A program made the translations under genes and the position numbers. Below the pieces are notes generated by a model. The model was not told where the DNA came from. It did not search any database and saw only the letters and a program-made list of their open reading frames with translations. From Blastocladiella emersonii ATCC 22665 (lineage: Eukaryota; Fungi; Blastocladiomycota): 64,000 nt of DNA. This document shows positions 55,779 to 64,000 of the stretch, piece after piece. Each line of letters opens with the position of its first letter. Within the stretch, counting starts at the first letter, position 1. Where the stretch lies: contig JANHCV010000010.1 in assembly GCA_025594325.1 (NCBI GenBank), forward strand, positions 62,001 through 126,000, read 5' to 3'.

Positions 55779-58088
55779 CTACTCGGCAGCCATGCCAATC
55801 GCGTCCAGGACCTTCGCCTTGGCCTCGTGCAGGTGCATGTCCGCGACGATGGACGCGAGACGAGTCTTAAAAGCGTCTGAGGGCGGAAAGACGCGCATCA
55901 GGCGGCACGCGTGGTCGTACTGACCATCAAGGATCGCGCGTTCAATCGTGGACTCATAACACTCGTCGAATGCGTAACGCGCGAGATCTGGCGGACTCGA
56001 AAACTTCGTGAGGAACAGCTCGAGAACCCAGGGAACCTCGAGTCCGTATGAGAAGACAGAGTGCGCCATGAAGACCGGATCGTACTCGACCAACGTCGTG
56101 AAGAGCCGGAGCGGCGATATGTCAGCAGTTTGCGCGCCAGGCGGGACCAGCGCGGGGTCCGCGGCGAGCAAAAGCTCGAGGGAGAAGCATGACTCGAGAA
56201 AATCCGCAAGTCCGACTCGGGCCTCGCCTCGGGTTGCGCGGAAGCGCTGCGGGTAGCGCTGCATCAGACGGCCAAGGACGGGAAGGAGAACCTGCACGGC
56301 CTTTTCCTCGTCCTCGTCAACATCGTCGTCCTCGGCTCCATCACCCCCCAAATTCATGAATGTGGCGATGCGCCCGACGATCTGGCTGATGACCAAGGTC
56401 TGGAACCGGAGTTGATCCCTGGCATCGCCGTCAAGGCACTCGAGGAGCATGTCGAGCGGAAGAGGCGTGACTGGATCGATAGTTTGTGCGAAAATGTCGG
56501 TCAAGGACCAATCATCTTGCTCGTAAGATAGAGCTTTGACGTCGAGACTGTACAAGTAGCGCTCGAAGACTATGCGCGGGCCGAGGCCGGATTTGGAGAG
56601 CGAGAGCAGAAATGGGACAACGTCCGGCGAGCTAGCGTAATAGTCAAGGTGCGCATCGAGGACTCCAGCCGGCGAAAACACGAACTGTTTGGCCACATTT
56701 ATGAGCGAGCGCAGCCTCTCGGCCGTCAGCGCCTTTTCCGGGCTGAAAAGCTCAAATTCCTTGGAGCACGCTAGATTACGGTTGAGCGCGAGATGTCAGG
56801 CGAATAATTTTTCGTCAATGTGAGCGCGTGAATTCGTACCGTCCGAAAGAATCTTGTGGTGCTTAGCATAATCAACGAACCGCCTGAGGTGATCAACAAC
56901 AAAGTCCAACTCGCTGGGCTGCGTCAGAGTCATGGCAAGCGCGGTAGTCCAACCTTCGTCATCAATAAGTCCACGATGAGCGAAGCGCGAGAGCACGGCC
57001 CGGAGGTGGCCGTTTTGAAGGTAGCAGGTCAGACCATACACGAGGTCGTCCCGTTCCCTGCGGCCCATGTATTGCATCTCGGCGAGGTCGTACCGCTCCA
57101 CCAAGGTGGCAAAGAGTTCGAAGTCGTCGCTGCCGATTGCGTACTTGGACAAGCGGGGGAACACATCGCGGTCCAAAATCCAGCCCTTGCCGGTGAGCCA
57201 GTCGAATACTCGCGGGCCAAGTTCGGAAGGGCGGTGCTGGTCCTGCAAGGAACAAAGGAAGATACTGGTGATATCACCAGTCGAGAACCACTCCATGAGT
57301 TCGTCGCAGTCAATGCCGTAGTCGCCGCCCATGAGCCGCTCAACTGCGTCTCGGTTCCATAAAGTCATAGCGTAGACCGCGAGCGCATCGGGAAGCGTAC
57401 TCAAGTCGGGAGCGCGGACATACGACCCGCCACCGTAGAGCCAGAAGCGCGACCAGGTCTTGAGCTTGACCCGTTTTGTAAGCAGCGAGTCTGGGAACAG
57501 CGCGACGAGGTGGTCGAGGCAAGCGAACATGGCATCAAGATCGCCAGCGTGCATGAGAAAGTGGATCAGCGAAAGGCCCTCTGGAACCGCGCGGAACCCG
57601 ACCAAGTCGCGCAGCGGGCCGGTGCCGTACGGGAAATCGGGAAACGAGCGGATCGCAGCCGAGATGGACTCGGGCAGCTTCTGGTTCCGGCGATAAATGT
57701 GAGAGATGATGGTAGGCGAGAACGGGTGCCGGAAGGGCTCGGCAGAAAGCAGGGCACGGTCGTCGTTGTGGCGTTGAGTGCTCGACGTGTAGCCCGGGAT
57801 GCAGTGCGTGAGGAACCACACAAAGGGCATGATAGTCCGTCGAGTCGGATCGTGGCTTTGGAGAACCTTGCGGCCATTGGCGCCGCTGCGGACGAGCAAC
57901 GTCGTCGTGATTGCACGCATGAACCACGTTTGGTAGACGTTGGAATCAACGATGGCGTCGCGTGCAACACCCGAAGATGCAGCGACGACGGCTCGCGACT
58001 CGGCGAGCACGAGGATGCTCTCGAGCAGGTCATACGGCAGCGCATGTGCCACTGGTGGTTGTTGCGGTAGGTTATTCATTGGCTTCAT
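55779..58088 (-). pseudogene. F-box-like gene of about 769 codons interrupted by one in-frame TGA at 56796-56798
   Basis: ORFs 56796-58088 and 55779-56696 are in the same frame and the 99 nt between them are open; N-terminal LPYDLLESILVL is F-box-like; lower GC. Confidence 0.7.
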
Positions 58089-58199
58089 CGTGATTCGTGG
58101 GTGTTTGGAAGCGAGGGGAGAGGAGGGAGTTGGTCGGCAAACAGGTCGGCAAAGTCGCGTCGCGCCGACATGCGACCTAATCGACGAAAGCGCTCTATA

Positions 58200-60276
58200 T
58201 TACCTTCCTCCGGGCGCTTTGCGGTCCCTCAACTTCGGCCCGCTCTTCCCAACACGCTGGCCCTGCTGCCCCTTCTTGGTCATGGCGACGGTGGAAGCCG
58301 CAGCCGCTGCGGCGGCGGCGCCCATGACCACAGCCATGGCGTCCTCGACGTCGAGCGCCGCCGAGTCGTCCTGCACTGGCTCGACCAGGCGCTGCTCCGG
58401 CACCGGACCCCGCCGTGACCGCTGCACGGCGACGGGAACCACGCCGGGCCGTGCGACCGAGAGCAGCGGCTGCGGCGCAGCGCCCGCTGTTGCTAACGTC
58501 GCGGGCGGCAGCTTGATCCCGTCGCCCGGCCGTATCGAGGCCGCGACCTGAGCCGCGGCGAGCGCAGCGAGCTCGTCCTGGTCGCCCGTGAGCTCGAGGA
58601 GGAGCGACTTGGCCTCGATCATGCCGGGCGCGATCCGGAGCGCAGCACGCGCAGCGGCAGCGGCGCGGTCCGTCTCAGCGAGCCGGGCGAGGAGCGCGGC
58701 CTTGGCGAACCACAGCGCGGCGCGGTGGGTTTCGGGTGGCGGGTCAATGGACGGCGGCGCGGGACGAGTGCTGATCCACGGGACGGTCGTGAGCTTGATG
58801 ACGGTATCCTCTTCGGGATCCGTCTCGGGCTGGTCCGTGGCGGGCCGTGGCCACGCGAGCGGGATGGCGCGGTCGAGCCAGCGGAGCGCAGCGCGCCAGT
58901 CGCCGGGCGGGCGGTGCGGCGCGGCGAGCGGGGTGGCGCGGGCCGTGTACATGGTGCACAGGCGCGACTCGGCGAGGATGCGGTCGAGTTCGTAGTCGGA
59001 CGGCGGGGTGGCGGCGAGGTACGCCTCGAAGTCGGCGAGGGCGGCGTCGCTGCGTGCGCCCGAGGCGAGGTAGTGCAGCTCGGCGCGCCAGAAGCGGTCG
59101 CGTGCGACGGGGGAGGTGCGGGTGGCGAGAAGCGCGGTGGCGGCGTCGATGGCGGCGGGGTACTGCTGGCACGACCTACGTTGACAGGGTCAGCGATCGA
59201 AATACGGCAGCAAACGAGTGAGCGCGTACCAGTGCATCTTGACGAGGAGCTCGAGCGTGGTGACGTGGATGCGGTGGTACCGCTCCTCGGCGCGCATGGG
59301 TGCGGGGCAGGTGGCGAGAAAGGCGAGGAGGTCCTGCGCGCGGCCCATTCCTTGAAGTGCCTCGGCCCTACAACACGGCGAAACGGTCAGTCTCCGCGTG
59401 CTGCTTGAGCGAGCAGCACGAGCGGGCGTACTTGTAGTACATGAGCTCGACGTCATCAGGCGCAAGCTCGAGCCCCTGGTGCACGACGTCGAGAGTGGCG
59501 GCGTGGTGGCGCTGGTAGGCGAGCTTGGCGGCGTCGATCTGCAGGGCGCGCACGCGCGCGGCGATGAGCTCGCGCAGGGCGGGCAGCGAGGGGTGGTGCG
59601 GGTCGATCTCGGCGATGCGCTGCAGCGTGATGAAGACGGAGGGCAGCTGGCCCGCTGCGGCGTGCAGGCGCGCGCACACGGCGTGCAGGTCCGGGTCGGC
59701 GGTGGCGTGGGCGAGGTCGGCGAACATGACGAGGGCCGTGTCGCGGTCGCCGAGCTCGAGGATGCACGACGCGCTAGATCGGGCGGGAGGGTCAGCGGTG
59801 GTGCGGAGGGGACAGCACGAGCGGTTCAGGTACGTTTGGAAGGCGACGGCGGTGCGGTACTCCGGGTCGGCGACCTTGGCGAGGAGGGCGAGGCACTTGA
59901 CGGGGTCGCCATCGCTGTGGCGGGCCGTGGCGGCGAGCGCGTAGGCGATGGCGGCCGCGCGGCGCGTAATGTACGTGGAGGTGGCACAGGGCTCGTCCTT
60001 GGCGATGAGGCGGGCGGCCTCCTCGAGGTGGCGGAGGGCGGCGCTCAGGTCGCACAGGGCCTCGTAGGCGGTGGCGCGGGCGACATGCAGAGCGGGGACA
60101 TCGAGCAGGGCCGGGTGCGAGAAACTGGCGCGGTGCAGGCGGCGCAGAAAGGCGAGCGGGGCCGTGGCGCAGTCGCCCCAGTGGCCAAAGGCGACGACGG
60201 CGGCGCGCACGTCGGGCGGGACCGACGGGTCGACGTAGAGCGGCTTGGCCGGGGGAGGGTGCCGCGACACGATCAT
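58200..60276 (-). CDS. TPR-repeat protein of unknown function (4 exons)
   Basis: TPR-like helices (HVARATAYEAL, GLELAPDDVELMYYKAEALQG, ALADFEAYL, ALWFAKAALL, ALRIAPGMIEAK). Three GTAC...TAG introns with CTGAC branch sites join the ORF-track fragments. Confidence 0.75.
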
Positions 60277-60932
60277 TGCACTAGCTGTGATTCATTATCG
60301 GACACTCGGGTGGTGGGGCGGTGGGAAGACGGAGGGAGGGAGGGACGGCCGCGACCGCTTGGCTCCGTTGGCGGAAAAGTGACCCGCGCGACCCCGTGCG
60401 CGCTGCGACGCGACGCGACCGGCACGTGCGGCTTGCTTCCCGCGGCGCGGTAGTCTCACGGCCTGCCTCCCGCACGTTCTTGTTCGCGACGCAGCCGAGA
60501 TAATCGCCGGATCGATCCTATCCCCGCTCTCCACCCACTCTCCACCCGCCCGCGCGCCAACGCGCATCGCATCCCTGCCACGTATCGACCTCGCTTGTCT
60601 TGCTCAACGCGCGCCCTGCATCGCGCCACCGTCACGGTCACGGCCACGCCCCGCGGCCACGAGTCGCGCACGATTGCTTCGCCACCGCCTCCGCCACCAA
60701 CGCGACGCACCGGGCCGCCCCTATCCCTATCCTGCCGGACCCCCCGACTTGCCCGATCCGCCCCTCTCGCTCGCGTCGTCCGGAGCTTGGCGCAGCAGCG
60801 GTCCCCCAACCCGCCGCCGTCCCTTCTCTCCCTCCCTCCCTCGCACCCGATATAAGCGGGCTCCCCCGCGTTGCCCCCTCCCTCTCTCGCTCCCCTTCTC
60901 TCGGCAGCTCCACCCGGCTCGTCCCACCCACG

Positions 60933-62892
60933 ATGCCCGCCCGCCGCTCATCCCGGAGCCCATCCGCTTCCGCCACCGCCCTCGGCCACGCGTCCGGCGC
61001 GCTGCCGTCGTCGTCCTCGTCCGCCTCGTCGTCGCCGGCGCTCGTGCCCGCCTCGGACAAGGTGCTGGCCGCCATCGCGTCGCTCCCGCACACGGCGCGC
61101 CGCGCCATGGCCGCCGTGCACGAGGCGCTCGTCGTGGTCCCGTCGGCGCTCGCCCCGCGCGTCCTCGGCGTCGTGCAGTCGGCCGTCGTGTTCCTCTTCG
61201 TCGGGTCGCCCGTGATCGCCGCCATCACCGTCACGCTGCTGCTCGTCCACTCGGTCGAGGCCCTCTGGATCCTCGCCGTCGCTGTCGACACGCCGCCGCC
61301 CGCCCACTGGTCGCCATCGCCAGCCCCATCGCCGTTGGCGGCGGCAGCGGCGGGAGGAGTGGGTGACGGCCATCGCGACGAAAAGAGTCACTCGCACCAT
61401 CATGGGTCCGCGACCGAGCTCGCCCTCGCCTCGTCGCACTACGCCGTGCTCGCCTTCTGGACCGTGTACGCCGTCTGGGTCGCCGCCGACTGGACCACGG
61501 CCGTCTCGGGCGGCACCGAGCGCCTGCGCGTCATCCGCGCCTGGTCTGGTACATTGCTTCCCTTGCTTGCTCCTCGCCGACCGTCACTGACACTTCGCAC
61601 CCACAGGATGGACGCGCTTCTGGCGCACCTACTTCCCCGTCTCGCTGGTCCGCTCGGCCCCGCTGCCCGCCGACCGCAACTACATTTTCGGCATCCACCC
61701 TCACGGCCTCTACTGCCTCGGCGCCTTCTCCAACTTTGTCGCCGAGCACGCGCTCCCCGCCGCGCCCGCGCCCGCGACCCAGCTCGGCCCCGCCGCGTCC
61801 ATCCACGGCTTCCGCGCCCTGTTCCCCGGCCTGCGCCTGCGCCTCGCCACACTCAAGATCAACTTTGCCCTCCCGCTCTGGCGCGAGATCAACTTAGTCT
61901 ACGGATTCATCTCGGTCGACTACCGGTCCTGCAAGCGCTGGCTGCTCCACGGCACCCAGGCCGTCCCGCACAACAGCCCGCTGCACCACCACCACGCTCG
62001 TGTGCACGCTCACGCGGCCGACAAGGTCTCGGCGCCATCTAAGGCCCGCGCCGGCCTGCGCGTCGTCACCTCGCTGTTCCGCCGCGTCACCCGGTCATCG
62101 CGCGTCGCTGCTCATGATCATCATCACCACGAGACCGTCGTGCACCCGTCGCAGCCCGCCCGCGACCGCGACCGCCGCCACGACAGCGGCGTCGAGGCCG
62201 ACATGGCGCCCGCGGTTCTGCGCGCGTGCGAGAGCACCGAGCTGCGGTCGCGCCGCGCCTCGTCCATCCTCAACCCGCACATGAGCGAGGAGGAGGTCGC
62301 CCTGATCCCGCTCCCGCCGTCGCCGCCCACGCGGCGCCTGCTCGGCGGCGGCGAGTTTGCCGGCGACGACGAGGACATCCTGACCGACGACCCGATCGAC
62401 GCGGTCCCGCCGCCGCCCCCGCCGCACGGCGCCGGCCGCGTGCTCATGATCTGCATCGGCGGCGCCGAGGAGTCGCTGCTGGCGCGTCCCGGCCGCATGG
62501 AGCTGGTGCTACGCAAGCGCAAGGGGTTCGTGCGCCTGGCGCTCGACACGGGGTCGTCCATGGTGCCCGTGGTGTCGTTTGGCGAGACGGAGCTGTTCAA
62601 CCAGTACCAGCCGGCGCCCGGGTCGGTCGCTCACTGCGTGCAGCGCAGCATGAAGGCGGCCATGGGCTGGACGCTGCCGCTGTGCTACGGCCGGTTCGGC
62701 AGCTGGCTGCCGTTCCGCAAGCCCGTCACCACGGTGGTTGGCGAGCCGATTCATGTCCCGCACGTGCCCAACCCGCCCCGCGAGCTCGTCGAGTACTTCC
62801 ACGACGTGTACATGCGCAAGCTCACGGAGCTGTGGCACGCGCACGTCGACCTGTACGCGCCGCCCGGGTCGACCATGGAGATTGTTGCGTGA
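60933..62892 (+). CDS. Diacylglycerol O-acyltransferase 2 family (DGAT2/MOGAT)
   Basis: After intron 61549-61606: YFPVSLV, FGIHPHG, IGGAEESL, RKRKGFVRLAL, VPVVSFGETELF, VVGEPI; TATA-like TATAAG at 60851. Confidence 0.92.
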
Positions 62893-63031
62893 GCTGTGAG
62901 CTGGACCCCCGCGATGACGACTTTTTTTTGTACAGTACCCCCTCAACCCGACCCTCATTACCCGTTCGTGAACCCGCAACGCAAAATGGATATGCCGTAT
63001 TCCAACCCAACCCGCCGTCCCGCGCGAAAAC

Positions 63032-63794
63032 TCAGTTCTGCTTCTTGAACCCGTACTTTTTGCGCTCGTAGAACAGGTCCGTCTTGGAGCTCCCGATGTT
63101 GACGATCTTGGGACATCCGTCGCGCTACCCATAACAACAAGTCAGCGCTCGGCGGGTCGAGACCTGCGCCGTTGCGCGCATCACGTACGTCCTTCTCGAG
63201 AATCGTGCACTCCTTGCAGTAGTAGGCGTCGGCGATCCCGTTGCCGCCACACACGACGCACTTGCCCTGGAACGCGCCGTAGTTGCACTCGTCGCAGATC
63301 CGCACCAGCGTCGCCGGCCGGACGTAGCTGTCGCACACCACGCAACGGCCGTCGCCTACGGAGTACAGGACGACGAAGGTGTGAGAGAGCGTTCACGACG
63401 GGATGCGCGAGGGGTCGTTGAGCGGGGTAAGGCACGAGCGGTGGCGGGGCCGGGATGCGACAGTTAGGGATTGCAAACAGTGCTAGTTGCAAGCTCGAGC
63501 GAGATGCCGTGGTTTGTGGCAGTGGAGCGCGAAGCACAGTCGATGATGCTGCAGGAGGAGCGCAAGGACGGGCTGCTCACGTTCAAAGCTCTCACGAGCA
63601 GTGCTCGGCCACCGAAGATGAGCCTAAGAGGCAATAGTAAAGCAAGCGTACACTTTTCGCATACCCGACCGATGGCTACATGGGAAGCGGGTTTGGTGAG
63701 CCTCGCGGTGTCGCTCGGGGCCGTGCGTGCGGCCCAGCGTACCGATCCCGGGCTGCTTGCGGCACATAATCAGGTCCGTCTGATGCTTGGACAT
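63032..63794 (-). CDS. RDS3: SF3b splicing factor PHF5A/Rds3
   Basis: Exons 63743-63794 ([17 protein letters not shown]), 63652-63675 (AIGRVCEK), 63189-63355 ([14 protein letters not shown]...[10 protein letters not shown]) and 63032-63124 ([23 protein letters not shown]). Confidence 0.97.
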
Positions 63795-64000
63795 GGTAGA
63801 AGTAAGCTTGATTGATTCGTTGCAGGGAGTTATTCGTTGTTCCCACTCGGGGCAGAGTTACATGGAAGCCGGTCGAGGGAGACGCGACTCGACCCGCGCG
63901 GAACTTGAGGCAGCTCGCCTCGGCGCGCTCCGTGTTGCTCCCTCTCCCTCCTCGCGACTCACCGACGAGGATATGATCCCACGGATGACCACAGGTGGTG

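Noticed and set aside
63356-63651. snoRNA inside the long PHF5A intron
   Set aside because: No convincing C/D or H/ACA box pair found by eye on the transcribed strand
1-64000. tRNA or rRNA genes
   Set aside because: No cloverleaf with A/B boxes and no rRNA-like sequence recognised; tRNAscan-SE was not run

Overview
Very GC-rich, gene-dense eukaryotic DNA with short (about 50-100 nt) GT-AG introns, mostly GTACG/GTGAG donors with CTRAC branch points. Gene content and style point to an early-diverging fungus, probably Blastocladiomycota (inference). Core genes: forkhead TF, eIF2-gamma, CENP-E-like kinesin-7, LON/RING E3, Whi3/Scw1-like RRM protein, mitochondrial T7-type RNA polymerase, Rab GGTase alpha, SLC12 cation-chloride cotransporter, HSPA12-type Hsp70, CDC40/PRP17, complex I NUUM-like subunit, twin-CX9C protein, uracil-DNA glycosylase, TPR protein, DGAT2 and PHF5A/RDS3. 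Accessory parts: (i) three tandem paralogues at 1-5048 encoding hevein-like (CBM18) ectodomain + single TM receptors, one with a cytoplasmic SH3; (ii) a mobile/decayed zone at about 6.1-10.5 kb with a Helitron Rep fossil, a perfect 230-bp inverted-repeat element and a frameshifted orphan gene; (iii) an LSM11-like gene; (iv) a UbiA-family enzyme resembling membrane terpene cyclases; (v) two lower-GC islands of disrupted F-box-like genes. All family calls come from motif recognition by eye; no database searches were run.
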